Source: Clostridia bacterium (GTDB taxonomy: Bacteria > Bacillota > Clostridia > Christensenellales > UBA1242). From it: DNA of 64,000 bases. The DNA lies in assembly GCA_017531805.1 (NCBI GenBank), contig JAFXKG010000010.1:14227-78226 (forward strand), given 5' to 3'. Positions 9,851-19,727 of the stretch are shown here, one piece after another; position 1 is the first letter of the stretch, and each line of letters starts with the position of its first letter. Made by a program: the position numbers and the translations under genes. A model generated the notes under the pieces. The model was not told where the DNA came from. It did no database searches and was given only the letters and a program-made list of their open reading frames with translations.

Positions 9851-9883
9851 AAAAAGTTTATGAATTGTCATAAACTTTTTTTT
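9851..9883. terminator. Bidirectional intrinsic terminator
   Basis: AAGTTTATGA-attg-TCATAAACTT 10-bp stem flanked by A-run and T-run, between convergent genes. Confidence 0.75.
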
Positions 9884-9897
9884 ATAAATTGTTTTAA

Positions 9898-10584
9898 TTA
9901 ATTTTTATTTAAATATTTATCTATTTCTGGATATTTTTTGATTATGCGCTCGTATCTATGCTTTTTAATAACACCATCTATGATTAAATAAATACCTGTA
10001 ATTAATACTAAACAGCCTGCCACAATACCAATAATGCCATTGTATAGTGCTGTGTTGCCAGAATGCGGTATAACTGACAAAATTGCGATTTGAGTTAATA
10101 CCAAGTTGTTAAATGCCGTTGCAAAATTGGTTAATTTATATTGTTTAATAAGCATTGTTTTACCCTTTGCCCTAATTACACCCCACATAGACATTGAAAT
10201 GCTGTAAAACGCAAAACATGCAATGGCAATGGCGATAATCAAGTTGTATTTTGTGTTTGAAGGGAAATAAATCTGGAATATAGAATATACTATATAACAA
10301 ATACTAGATATAGATAACACTGCACCGCCCTGGATGTATGAGAAAATGTCTTTTACGCTATCTTTGTTGCGCCAAAGACCGCTTGAGCAATTATTTTTAA
10401 CATAGCCTATGCACAAACCATATAATGCAATGGCAATAAGGAACCAAGATTTAAATACAATACCAACAACAATTTTAAACACAAAATAAAACAAGTTTTT
10501 TAAAAAAGCCAACTTGCCATAAACAATAATTTTTTTCCTTTCAGGGATTTGTCTGTATTTTTTTATTAATCTAAACACTTTCAT
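9898..10584 (-). CDS. Hypothetical polytopic membrane protein (228 aa)
   Basis: About 6 hydrophobic segments (FYFVFKIVVGIVF, FLIAIALYGLCIG, LIIAIAIACFAFY and others). No family recognised. Confidence 0.5.
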   Translation of the reverse strand: MKVFRLIKKYRQIPERKKIIVYGKLAFLKNLFYFVFKIVVGIVFKSWFLIAIALYGLCIGYVKNNCSSGLWRNKDSVKDIFSYIQGGAVLSISSICYIVYSIFQIYFPSNTKYNLIIAIAIACFAFYSISMSMWGVIRAKGKTMLIKQYKLTNFATAFNNLVLTQIAILSVIPHSGNTALYNGIIGIVAGCLVLITGIYLIIDGVIKKHRYERIIKKYPEIDKYLNKN

Positions 10585-10731
10585 GATTATAACATAAAAA
10601 TAAAAAATTTCAAGATGATATATAAAAAAACAAAACGCTTTTAAATTATATATGGTTAATAAATTTAAATGATTATATCAAAAAATGATATTTTATGTCT
10701 ATTAAATTGAATAAAATGTAAAATTTTAGAT

Positions 10732-10754
10732 AAAAAATATCCCAAACGGGATAT
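10732..10754 (-). terminator. Intrinsic terminator after proS
   Basis: On the minus strand: ATATCCC-gttt-GGGATAT then a T-run, 7 nt after the proS stop. Confidence 0.65.
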
Positions 10755-10760
10755 TTTAAA

Positions 10761-12191
10761 TTAATATTGTTTACCAAAATATACTCTGTAACGACTTGGT
10801 TTGCCACAATAAATGCATTTATGTGTGTCATCGTAAGAGTGAATTACACGAGTTTTGATTGTTGTATTTTGTTTGATTTCGTCTTCGCAATCCATTTCTC
10901 CACAATGGTAAGATAAAGTTACTTTCTTGTCGTTGATGGCATTAACCATTTTGTTATAATCGTCAGTTTTTACAATGGCAGCATTAAAGTTTTCTTCTGC
11001 TTGTTTTAACATATTTGCTTGTATTTCGTTAAGCAAATTTTGTACTTCTTCTACTATATTACTTAAAGATAATTGTACTTTTTCGTGTGTATCACGGCGA
11101 ACAGCGGTTGCAACACCATTTTCGATATCTCTTGGACCAATTTCAAGACGAAGTGGCACGCCCTTCATTTCATATTCATTAAACTTCCAGCCAGGAGTGT
11201 TGTTAGAATTGTCAAGTTTTACTCTTATATCTTGGTTTTCTAAAAGAGATTTTACTTCTTCACACTTTTCAATTACGCCTTCTTTTTTGCTTGCAATAGG
11301 TATTATAACTGTTTGTATAGGTGCAACATTTGGTGGCATTCTAAGTCCGCGTTCGTCACCATGAACCATAACCAATGCACCAATCAAACGAGTACTTACA
11401 CCCCAACTTGTAGAGTAACCATACTCTAAAACACCTTCTTTGTTTAAAAACTTGATGTTGCTTGCTTTTGCAAAATTTTGTCCTAAATTGTGAGTTGTGC
11501 CCGCTTGTAAACACTTGCCGTCTTTCATAATAGCTTCCATACCATAAGTTGCTAAAGCACCAGCAAATTTTTCTCTTTCTGTTTTCCTGCCTGTTAATGT
11601 TGGTATTGCCAAAAGATTACGCAAACAATCACTATAAACTTTAAGCATAACTTGAGTGTCGCGTTCTGCATCTTCTGGTGTGGCTTGTACAGTATGACCT
11701 TCTTGCCATAAAAATTCGCTTGTTCTTAAAAAAGGACGAGTTGTTTTTTCCCATCTTACAACATTACACCATTGATTCATAGCCATAGGCAAATCACGGT
11801 ATGATTTTATCCATTTAGAATACATATCACAAATGATAGTTTCGCTTGTTGGACGGACAATAAGTTTTTCGTTAAGTTCCTCACCACCAGCGTATGTAAC
11901 AACAGCAACTTCAGGCGCAAAACCTTCTACGTGCTCTGCTTCTTTCTTTAAAAAACTTTCTGGTATAAGCATAGGGAAATATGCATTTTGTACACCTTGT
12001 TTTTTAAATTCTTTATCCAAATATTTTTGTATGTTTTCCCAAACGGCATATCCATATGGCTTAATAACCATAGTACCTTTAACTGGACCATAGTCTACCA
12101 TATCAGTTTTTAAAATCACATCAGTGTACCATTGAGCAAATTCTGTTTGCATATCTGCTAGTTCTGTAACAAATTGTTTTTCTTTATCCAT
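10761..12191 (-). CDS. proS: Prolyl-tRNA synthetase, archaeal/eukaryote-like type (no INS editing domain, C-terminal Zn domain)
   Basis: 476 aa class II aaRS. FAQWYTDVILKTDMVDY...RPTSETI...; C-terminal CGEMDCEDEIK...CIYCGKPSRYRVYFGKQY ending in the conserved Tyr. Confidence 0.9.
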   Translation of the reverse strand: MDKEKQFVTELADMQTEFAQWYTDVILKTDMVDYGPVKGTMVIKPYGYAVWENIQKYLDKEFKKQGVQNAYFPMLIPESFLKKEAEHVEGFAPEVAVVTYAGGEELNEKLIVRPTSETIICDMYSKWIKSYRDLPMAMNQWCNVVRWEKTTRPFLRTSEFLWQEGHTVQATPEDAERDTQVMLKVYSDCLRNLLAIPTLTGRKTEREKFAGALATYGMEAIMKDGKCLQAGTTHNLGQNFAKASNIKFLNKEGVLEYGYSTSWGVSTRLIGALVMVHGDERGLRMPPNVAPIQTVIIPIASKKEGVIEKCEEVKSLLENQDIRVKLDNSNNTPGWKFNEYEMKGVPLRLEIGPRDIENGVATAVRRDTHEKVQLSLSNIVEEVQNLLNEIQANMLKQAEENFNAAIVKTDDYNKMVNAINDKKVTLSYHCGEMDCEDEIKQNTTIKTRVIHSYDDTHKCIYCGKPSRYRVYFGKQY

Positions 12192-12381
12192 CGTTTTCTT
12201 CCTTTTCTGAAAATTCTTTCTTAACCATTATAATCTTTCCTTTGGCTTTTTCCAACTCTTTTAAGCATTGTTTTGCCAATTTACAGCCTTCTTCATAGAG
12301 TTTTAAGCATTCGTCTAGGTTGGAACCTTCTTCAATCATTTTTGATATTTCTTCCAATCTTTTTATATCTTGTTCTATCAT
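12184..12381 (-). CDS. xseB: Exodeoxyribonuclease VII small subunit
   Basis: LEEISKMIEEGSNLDECLKLYEEGCKLAKQC; follows xseA with a 4-nt overlap; 8-nt overlap with the proS start. Confidence 0.85.
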   Translation of the reverse strand: MIEQDIKRLEEISKMIEEGSNLDECLKLYEEGCKLAKQCLKELEKAKGKIIMVKKEFSEKEENDG

Positions 12382-13550
12382 ACTTTCTCCTTTTGATTTA
12401 TTGTTGCCATAAATTTGGCATCTTTTGTTATAATTTTAATTTTATCCCCAACAAAAGTATTGTCAGCATTTATTATTTGATTGTCCTTTGTAGCATATGC
12501 ATACCCTGATGACAACAATTTTATTGGATTAAGCTTATCTAGTGTGTTTATTGAAATATTTACACGATATATAGAGTTATTTATAATGTTTTCTAAATTA
12601 GAATCACATATACGCATCAAGTCGTTAATATGTAAAATTTCGTCATTTACAACTTCTTTAATATCCTTTTCTATCTCTAAGGTAAGCAAATTTGCCTTGT
12701 TATACAAATCAAGGACATAATTGTCTATTAATTTGCTTAAATCAGTAATTTTATCTTTAATATAGCGTTTTAGTTCTTGCAAATCAAATGTAACAAGTTC
12801 TGCTGCTGCACTTGGTGTTGGTGCACGCAAATCTGATACGAAATCTAAAATTGTAAAGTCTGTTTCGTGCCCTACTGCACTAATAAGCGGTTTATTGCAA
12901 ATATATGCGACACGAGCAAGTTCCTCATTATTAAACGGGGCCAAATCTTCAATACTTCCGCCACCACGCGCGACAATGATTACATCTACATCAGTCATGT
13001 TGTCAAAGTAGGTTATGCCTTGTATTACATCATTTACAGCAAATTTGCCCTGTACTTGTGCGTCATAAACATAAATTTCAAGGTTTGGATTGCGTCTGCC
13101 AGTAACATTTTTAATATCTTGCAACACTGCACCAGTTTTGCTAGTAACAACACCTATAGATTTAATATATCTAGGTATTGGAATTTTATTTATATCGTCA
13201 AACAGACCTTCTTTGGATAATTTTTCTTTCAACTGTAAAAACTGTTGATATAATTCACCTTGTCCGCATTGCTCGATATTTAAGGCATTAAGTGTTAATT
13301 TGCCACCTTTTGGATAGTATTTTATGTTGCCACGACATTGCACCATATCGCCAATTTTGAAGTCTTGTTTTGCATTAAATTGCACACAAGAAAGCAAATT
13401 GTCATTATCCTTTAATGTAAAGTAAGCAATATTTCTTGTTATAGAAAAACTAGACAACTCTCCTGTTACAATTATATCTTCTAATATGATTTCGTTGTCT
13501 ATTAAATCTTTAATTAACCTGTTTATTTGACTTACTGAAAATATTTTCAT
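12378..13550 (-). CDS. xseA: Exodeoxyribonuclease VII large subunit
   Basis: N-terminal OB (FSVSQINRLIKDLID...VTGELSSF). IGVVTSKTGAVLQDI, VARGGGSIEDL and RAPTPSAAAE motifs. Confidence 0.9.
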   Translation of the reverse strand: MKIFSVSQINRLIKDLIDNEIILEDIIVTGELSSFSITRNIAYFTLKDNDNLLSCVQFNAKQDFKIGDMVQCRGNIKYYPKGGKLTLNALNIEQCGQGELYQQFLQLKEKLSKEGLFDDINKIPIPRYIKSIGVVTSKTGAVLQDIKNVTGRRNPNLEIYVYDAQVQGKFAVNDVIQGITYFDNMTDVDVIIVARGGGSIEDLAPFNNEELARVAYICNKPLISAVGHETDFTILDFVSDLRAPTPSAAAELVTFDLQELKRYIKDKITDLSKLIDNYVLDLYNKANLLTLEIEKDIKEVVNDEILHINDLMRICDSNLENIINNSIYRVNISINTLDKLNPIKLLSSGYAYATKDNQIINADNTFVGDKIKIITKDAKFMATINQKEKV

Positions 13551-13936
13551 TATTTTACTATGCTAGCTAAAAAACCATTTATAAATTTTGGACTTTTGTC
13601 TGTAGAATATTTTTTTGCAAGTTCTACGGCTTCGTTAATAACAACTTCTTTAGGATTTTCTTTAAGATAATTAAGTTCGATTATAGCAAGCACTAAGATT
13701 GCTAAGTCAACTTTATATAATCTATCTATTGTGTATCCTTTTAAGTTAGAAGATATTGTTTCATTAATTTCGTTATAAAATTGTGCAAAGCATTTTAAAA
13801 TTTTGTTAGTAAACTCCAAATCCTTTGTGTCTGCATTTTCTAGTGTATCTTCATCTGAATTGTTAAAGAACTTAGAATATATTGTTTTAAAAGCTAGTTC
13901 TCTGGCATCTGTCCTTTTCATGTTTTCTCCTTTCAA
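13550..13936 (-). CDS. nusB: Transcription antitermination factor NusB
   Basis: RTDARELAFKTIYS...INEAVELAKKYSTDKSPKFINGFL; nusB-xseA synteny. Confidence 0.85.
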   Translation of the reverse strand: MKGENMKRTDARELAFKTIYSKFFNNSDEDTLENADTKDLEFTNKILKCFAQFYNEINETISSNLKGYTIDRLYKVDLAILVLAIIELNYLKENPKEVVINEAVELAKKYSTDKSPKFINGFLASIVK

Positions 13937-13956
13937 GACAAAAATTCTCTCTTATA

Positions 13957-14307
13957 TTAGAGAGAAATTTTTTCTGCGTCCATTACGTGTACATTGATTG
14001 CTTTGATATGTAATGGCAATAATGATGTTATGCTATTTTTTACATTTTGTTGGATGTGGTATACTACTTCGTTAACTTCGCAACCAGGGTCTACAACAAT
14101 ATAGATATCAATCAATATGCCAAGTTTTGTATATTTAATCTTTACGCCTTTGCCAATGTTACGATTAAACAAACTTCTAAGAGATAATCTTTTTGATTTA
14201 TAAACATCTTTTACCCCTTCGATTTCTTTTGCAGCAAGGCTTACGATAGAAACCACCATGTTTTTATTAATATATGTGTTATTTACACTTTCTTTAATTT
14301 GTGCCAT
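13957..14307 (-). CDS. Asp23/Gls24 family envelope stress protein (YqhY-like)
   Basis: VVSIVSLAAKEIEGVKDV...INVHVMD. Position between spoIIIAH and nusB as for B. subtilis yqhY. Confidence 0.8.
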   Translation of the reverse strand: MAQIKESVNNTYINKNMVVSIVSLAAKEIEGVKDVYKSKRLSLRSLFNRNIGKGVKIKYTKLGILIDIYIVVDPGCEVNEVVYHIQQNVKNSITSLLPLHIKAINVHVMDAEKISL

Positions 14308-14355
14308 ATTTATCCCTCTGGCAATTATTATAACACATTAAAATTAATTTAGCAA

Positions 14356-14847
14356 TTATTCTGAAGGAATAATAATAATTTTATCTATCTCTACACCAAG
14401 TTGTTCTGTAACTACAGTGGTGATTTGTGCAACTTCTGTTGATGTAAGTTCTGCACTCTTTACAAAAATGTTTACATTAGAACTAGAACTTGTTACAATA
14501 GCGTCTTCAAAACCCTTACCTCTTATAATACCTTCTGTAACCAACTCTTTTTCCATTTGGGCAATTAATGCATTTTTGTTTTGTTCTGCTTCTTGTTTTG
14601 CCTCTTGACTTGAAGATGCGCTAGCAATTATACTATCGTAGAATTGGATTTCTTGTGTTCTTGTTGCTTCTCTTTCTGTTCTGTAGGTTGTATAAAAATT
14701 TGCAGAAGTTGTTGTTGCACTAGTTTGTGCTGTCATCCCGCTTGATAAAGAACTGTTTAATGCTACATTTACATAACCTGTAACCAAAAGCAATGCAATC
14801 ATAACTGATAAAATAACTATTTTCTTTTTCTTTGATAAAGTTTTCAT
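14356..14847 (-). CDS. spoIIIAH: Stage III sporulation protein AH (short)
   Basis: Last gene of the spoIIIA operon. N-terminal TM segment; C-terminal VNIFVKSAELTSTEVAQITTVVTEQLGV resembles the SpoIIIAH/YscJ-like fold region. Confidence 0.6.
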   Translation of the reverse strand: MKTLSKKKKIVILSVMIALLLVTGYVNVALNSSLSSGMTAQTSATTTSANFYTTYRTEREATRTQEIQFYDSIIASASSSQEAKQEAEQNKNALIAQMEKELVTEGIIRGKGFEDAIVTSSSSNVNIFVKSAELTSTEVAQITTVVTEQLGVEIDKIIIIPSE

Positions 14848-14855
14848 AATCCCTC

Positions 14856-15311
14856 CTAATCACTTGATAAAATCTCTATGTTTCCATTTGTAACGTCAAT
14901 TACTGCTTCTATTGCGTGCAGTACTTTCATGCGTGCGCTTGTGTCTTTGACACCGTTTGCTGTAACAATTACTCCTTTGATATTTGGGAAATGGTTTAGG
15001 TTGATTTTAGAATCAGACACTTGAGCTTGTCCCATATCAAGAGTAATCATTACTTTGACATTTGTAATGCCTCCTATGTTTGTTAAAATCTCTTCTAAAT
15101 TGTGTTCTAAATCATCAACATATGCTGTTATTGTAAGTTCTTTTGTGGTGGTATCTTTTGTTGTTTTGCTTGCATTATCTGACTTAAAGTTAGATAGATA
15201 AATCAAAGCAAGTATTACAATAAATAATATTGCAACATACACTTCAATATGCTTAATTTTTTTAAGTTTTTCTAACCATTTAAAAGAAAATCTTTTTTCT
15301 TTATCACTCAT
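14856..15311 (-). CDS. spoIIIAG: Stage III sporulation protein AG
   Basis: N-terminal TM segment; C-terminal IKGVIVTANGVKDTSARMKVLHAIEAV. ATG 15311 overlaps the spoIIIAF stop (ATGAGTGA); the track start at 15320 is TTG. Confidence 0.7.
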   Translation of the reverse strand: MSDKEKRFSFKWLEKLKKIKHIEVYVAILFIVILALIYLSNFKSDNASKTTKDTTTKELTITAYVDDLEHNLEEILTNIGGITNVKVMITLDMGQAQVSDSKINLNHFPNIKGVIVTANGVKDTSARMKVLHAIEAVIDVTNGNIEILSSD

Positions 15312-15780
15312 TAAACACAATCTCCTCTGCTGTCAAGTTTGTATGTTTTGCAATAACATTTATTATGTATTCATACCTATTTATATGCTGCTTGTCCGCA
15401 TCTATTGACAAGTAATTTAAATTTACATTGCAAGAATTATAAACTAATTGGTCTTCAGATGATGAATAAATAATAATTATGTCGACATTTTTAAATCCAT
15501 TTTCTTCTAGTTCTTTTTCTATGTTACTTTCTATCCCTTTTATTTTTGAATTGTTGATATAGTTTAATAATTTTTCGCTTACTTCGTAATCTTTATATGT
15601 AAAATTAAAATCGTGATGCTGGTTAAAAAATTTGATAATAGGATTAATTATAACTGCAACCACAAAAATACCATAAATGCTTTTGATATACTTATTTATT
15701 GTACCAGAAGGCACAATAATATCTATAATAATACCTGCAACCACAATGCCTAAAATACTTAAAATATACGCTGTCATCAC
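15304..15780 (-). CDS. spoIIIAF: Stage III sporulation protein AF
   Basis: Two N-terminal TM segments; operon position between AE and AG. Confidence 0.65.
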   Translation of the reverse strand: MMTAYILSILGIVVAGIIIDIIVPSGTINKYIKSIYGIFVVAVIINPIIKFFNQHHDFNFTYKDYEVSEKLLNYINNSKIKGIESNIEKELEENGFKNVDIIIIYSSSEDQLVYNSCNVNLNYLSIDADKQHINRYEYIINVIAKHTNLTAEEIVFNE

Positions 15781-16991
15781 ACCACCACATTAGACGTGGT
15801 CATCACAAGACCAATAGAAATTAAATACATAAAACCAATGGCAATTATACAACTTGATAGCATTGTTACAGATTTGGATGTTGATGATAAAAAGTTTGAT
15901 GTCTTGTTGTTGCCCATTGGTTGCAATATGGCTGAAACAAGTTTAAGCATAAGGCTAAATATTACAATCTCGATAATTGGCGATAATATAGTTGTTATAA
16001 TCATTAATGCTCCAACCAATCCTAAAGAATTTTTTATCAAAATTGTGCTAGACAAGATTAAGTCCATACCATCTGATAAATAACCGCCCATTACAGGCAC
16101 ATAACTTTTTATAGTGTATTTTGTGGTTCTAATACTTAAACTATCAAATTTACCAGCAGAAATGCCTTGCAAAGTAAATACTGCAAAAAACAATGTAAAC
16201 ACTATGCCCACACACCATTTAAACAAACTTGATAAAAAACTGTTAAATTTATCAAGTTTTATGTTGTCTGAAAGACCAGAAATTATCCCAAACACAAAAC
16301 TCAACATGAATAGTGGCAACACTAAATATTTAAAGAAATCTGCCACATATGTAGACAATATGGCAACAACTGGCTGAAAGACACTTGCGCTTGCACCAGC
16401 ACCAATTCCAACCATCATGGTTAAAAGTATCGGGAACAATATATTCATTTGCGAAACCATGCCATTTATTGCCGTATCCGTGGTTTTACTTAAGCCTGAA
16501 ATCATACCCGTCATCAGTATCACGACCGCTAAAAAGCACACTAAATGAATTAAATTGTTTGTAGATTTTTCATTAAACTTGCTTTTTACACCACTTAAAA
16601 GGTTGCTTATTACTCCTATTGCAATAATTAAAGATAAAAGTGGCAAATACCTTACAATTTCTTCTACAATACCGGACAACAACCCTGCAAACACTGAAGA
16701 ATATGATACAGCACTTTCGCCAGATATGATTGAATATACTTTTGATTTTACATTGTCAATGGCAAAAATATTTGTATCATTGTTTTGAAATTCAGACACT
16801 ATTTGATTAAGACTAGAAAAATCTATTTGATTTAATTCTTCAAGTATGGTTGAATTTAAGTCATTGGCTATTTGTATTTCAGTTTGTGAGGCACAAAAAG
16901 TTTCTAGCGGGGATAATATACTAAAAAGTGCTATCATTATAACAAGCAAAATAACTAATTTTTTGTTATATGTTTTACTTTGTTTTATCAT
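15777..16991 (-). CDS. spoIIIAE: Stage III sporulation protein AE
   Basis: 404-aa polytopic membrane protein with a signal-like N-terminus; size and position match SpoIIIAE. Confidence 0.85.
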   Translation of the reverse strand: MIKQSKTYNKKLVILLVIMIALFSILSPLETFCASQTEIQIANDLNSTILEELNQIDFSSLNQIVSEFQNNDTNIFAIDNVKSKVYSIISGESAVSYSSVFAGLLSGIVEEIVRYLPLLSLIIAIGVISNLLSGVKSKFNEKSTNNLIHLVCFLAVVILMTGMISGLSKTTDTAINGMVSQMNILFPILLTMMVGIGAGASASVFQPVVAILSTYVADFFKYLVLPLFMLSFVFGIISGLSDNIKLDKFNSFLSSLFKWCVGIVFTLFFAVFTLQGISAGKFDSLSIRTTKYTIKSYVPVMGGYLSDGMDLILSSTILIKNSLGLVGALMIITTILSPIIEIVIFSLMLKLVSAILQPMGNNKTSNFLSSTSKSVTMLSSCIIAIGFMYLISIGLVMTTSNVVV

Positions 16992-17383
16992 AACAGAGCT
17001 ACCACCATATCAATTACAGTTGTAATAATTGGCAAAGATATCATTAAGATAATAAGTTTTGCAGCAAACAAAATTTTGTCCGCTACACTGCTTGCACCGG
17101 CATCTGCACAAATGTTTGCACCAAATTCTGCAATGTAGCCAATGGCAACTATCTTTAACAATGGTGTCAAAAGTGCTGTATCCACGCCTGTTTTTTGAAA
17201 TATGCCATAAAAGGATGATGTTATATTGCCTATAGCGTCAACAATCATTATGATAATCAATATACTACCAACGATAGAAATTATCATAGCGATTTCTGGT
17301 TTTGCTTGCTTAACAAGCATATGCGCAAATACTGTAACTAAAGCAACTGCAACAATTTTTAATAATTCGGACATGGACGACAC
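16988..17383 (-). CDS. spoIIIAD: Stage III sporulation protein AD
   Basis: LKIVAIGYIAEFGANICADAG matches the B. subtilis SpoIIIAD motif LKIIGIAYIAEFGAQ. Confidence 0.9.
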   Translation of the reverse strand: MSSMSELLKIVAVALVTVFAHMLVKQAKPEIAMIISIVGSILIIIMIVDAIGNITSSFYGIFQKTGVDTALLTPLLKIVAIGYIAEFGANICADAGASSVADKILFAAKLIILMISLPIITTVIDMVVALL

Positions 17384-17572
17384 CTAAAAAATAAACAAAG
17401 TTTTTACAGTGTCAAACAACTCTTGCACCAAATTTATCACCATAAGCAAACTAACCACTAATCCAGCCAATGTGGTAATGGATGCGATTTCTTCTTTGCC
17501 GCAATACTTTAAAATTTGGTTTACAATTGAAGTGATAAGTCCAATGCCTGCAAGTTTAAAGATTATTTCCAT
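17384..17572 (-). CDS. spoIIIAC: Stage III sporulation protein AC
   Basis: MEIIFKLAGIGLITSIVNQILKYCGKEE matches SpoIIIAC (IFQIAGVGIV...GKKE). Confidence 0.85.
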   Translation of the reverse strand: MEIIFKLAGIGLITSIVNQILKYCGKEEIASITTLAGLVVSLLMVINLVQELFDTVKTLFIF

Positions 17573-17582
17573 GTCAACCTCC

Positions 17583-18056
17583 TTAAATTAATATAATTGC
17601 CAGTCCAATAGCAAACAGCAATGATAACTTTAATATCATTGGACATAGTTTGTTTTTGTCTTCTTGTGCTTTTGCTAATTTGTTGTCTATTTCCAATAAA
17701 AATGTATCTAATTGTTTTATTTCGTTTTTTGCATCATGTTTGCCTATGTTTTTGATTATGTTTTCAAGTTCTGTGGCTTCTGATTGCTCTAAAACCTTTA
17801 TTTTATTTAGGTTTATTATATCGGTAGACAAATAATCTTCATATGCTAAAACAAATTGCTTAAAATATTTTTTGCCCTGTGTATTTTTTAAAAAGTCTGT
17901 TATTTTTTCTTGTTTAAACGATAAATTAAGTTTAAATTGATTTAAAAAACTTTTAAGATTTGAATAAAAATCAAATTTATCTTTATATTGTTCACTGACA
18001 CCCATTGCAATCAGCATAATTACGCAAATTAAGACAATAATTAAAAACCATTTCAT
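17583..18056 (-). CDS. spoIIIAB: Stage III sporulation protein AB
   Basis: N- and C-terminal TM segments flanking a helical domain; operon position. Confidence 0.7.
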   Translation of the reverse strand: MKWFLIIVLICVIMLIAMGVSEQYKDKFDFYSNLKSFLNQFKLNLSFKQEKITDFLKNTQGKKYFKQFVLAYEDYLSTDIINLNKIKVLEQSEATELENIIKNIGKHDAKNEIKQLDTFLLEIDNKLAKAQEDKNKLCPMILKLSLLFAIGLAIILI

Positions 18057-18058
18057 AT

Positions 18059-18964
18059 CTACCTACAATAAATGCAATTTAGTTTTTCGTCATATATATT
18101 TGTTAAAGTCCCAACTCCTTCCGTATCAGACAAAACTACAAACCTATTAAAAAACTTTTGATTTAAAACATTTTCAAAACCCGATTTGTTGCGCAATTCT
18201 TTAATGTCTTTTGCGTGAATTGAGGCAATTACATTTACACCAGAATTCATTGCTTCTAACAAACAATCCAGGTCTTTTTCAAGGTCAATTTCATCGGTTA
18301 CAATAATATCTGGTCGCATACTGCGTATACCATTTTTAAAGGCAAACTTTTTGCTACAATTTGAATATATATCACAAAACCCACCTAAATTTATCATTGG
18401 TTCACTATCAATGACCGAGCAGATTTCAGTTCTTTCGTCTGCAATAAGTACATTTTTTGACAAATTATTCTGAGACATTTGATAAACTAAATCACGCAAA
18501 AAGGTTGTTTTGCCCCTTCCTGGCGCTGATATAATAAGCGTATTATAAACTTCATTGTCAATTATTAAGTATGGATATGCTGATAGACTGCAATTTTTAA
18601 TAATATGAGGGATTCTAATATTTACAGATTGGAACTCTTTAATTGTTATAATATTGTTGTTATCCGACACCACATTGCCACAAATACCAACTCTAATGCC
18701 TTTTGGCAATGTTAGATATCCATTGATTATGCTATCATTAAAGGCATATATGGAGTTTTCGCTTGCACGCCTTATAAAGTTTTCTATCATCACTTTATTT
18801 GCTACAATGTAATCTCCTTTATCATTTTTTAAATAATATTTTTTGTTTTTAATTACAACAATTAATTTTGCATTTGTGCGCATGCGTATTTCATTAATAT
18901 CATCAAAATTAAAGGTTTTTTTTATTAAATGATAAATTTCAGGATCCAAATAATCTTTTAACAT
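18059..18964 (-). CDS. spoIIIAA: Stage III sporulation protein AA (AAA-type ATPase)
   Basis: Walker A SAPGRGKTTFLRD, Walker B IIVTDEI; first gene of the operon, downstream of efp as in Bacillus. Confidence 0.85.
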   Translation of the reverse strand: MLKDYLDPEIYHLIKKTFNFDDINEIRMRTNAKLIVVIKNKKYYLKNDKGDYIVANKVMIENFIRRASENSIYAFNDSIINGYLTLPKGIRVGICGNVVSDNNNIITIKEFQSVNIRIPHIIKNCSLSAYPYLIIDNEVYNTLIISAPGRGKTTFLRDLVYQMSQNNLSKNVLIADERTEICSVIDSEPMINLGGFCDIYSNCSKKFAFKNGIRSMRPDIIVTDEIDLEKDLDCLLEAMNSGVNVIASIHAKDIKELRNKSGFENVLNQKFFNRFVVLSDTEGVGTLTNIYDEKLNCIYCR

Positions 18965-19000
18965 ACTTAAAAATATTTAAAATTGGCGTTTAAAATGCAC

Positions 19001-19030
19001 AAAAAAAATCAATACCACAATAGTATCGAT
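19001..19030 (-). terminator. Intrinsic terminator after efp
   Basis: Minus strand: ATCGATAC-tattgtg-GTATTGAT (one G-U pair) followed by T8. Confidence 0.6.
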
Positions 19031-19088
19031 TTTTCGTCTTTTTAATTGATTTTATATAAAAATTTGCAAAACTAAGTTAGACAAAATC

Positions 19089-19667
19089 TTACACTCTTTC
19101 CATATATTCGCCAGTACGAGTATCAATTCTTACTCTTTCACCTTCGTTTACAAACAATGGAACTTGGATAACATAACCTGTTTCCAAAGTTGCAGGTTTG
19201 CCACCAGTTTTGACTGTATCACCACGAACACCTGGTTCTGTTTTTGCGATTGTAAGTTCAACAAACATAGGTGGTTCAACATTAATTGGTGTGCCATTGT
19301 AAAATTGAATTTGGCAGTTTGTATTTTCAACTACAAAGTTTAAAGCATCTTTTACGCTATCATAGTTGAACGGAATTTGATCATAAGTTTCATTATCCAT
19401 GAAATAGTATAATCCACCTTCGTTGTAAAGGTACATCATTTCTTTTCTTTCGATAGAAATGTCGTTTATTTTTTCACTCGGATTGTAAGTTCTTTCAATA
19501 ACTTTACCTGTTAAAACGCTTTTAAGAGTTGTTCTAACAAAAGCTGCACCTTTACCTGGTTTTACATGTTGAAAGTCAACAACCAAATATAGGCTTGGTT
19601 TTTTAGGGTCTGTTGATGTGCCGTCGTCAAAGATGACACCTTTTCTAATATCTCCTGCTGTAATCAT
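19089..19667 (-). CDS. efp: Elongation factor P
   Basis: [13 protein letters not shown]...[25 protein letters not shown]...[15 protein letters not shown]. Confidence 0.95.
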   Translation of the reverse strand: MITAGDIRKGVIFDDGTSTDPKKPSLYLVVDFQHVKPGKGAAFVRTTLKSVLTGKVIERTYNPSEKINDISIERKEMMYLYNEGGLYYFMDNETYDQIPFNYDSVKDALNFVVENTNCQIQFYNGTPINVEPPMFVELTIAKTEPGVRGDTVKTGGKPATLETGYVIQVPLFVNEGERVRIDTRTGEYMERV

Positions 19668-19727
19668 ATATTTCTCCTTTATTTATCTGATCATATTATA
19701 TCATATATTTTAATGTTTGCCAATTAA

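Noticed and set aside
9254-10760. Possible integrated islet next to tRNA-Glu (two orphan genes directly downstream of the tRNA).
   Set aside because: I could find no integrase, no direct repeat of the tRNA 3' end and no mobility genes. Only two small orphans bounded by ordinary terminators are present.
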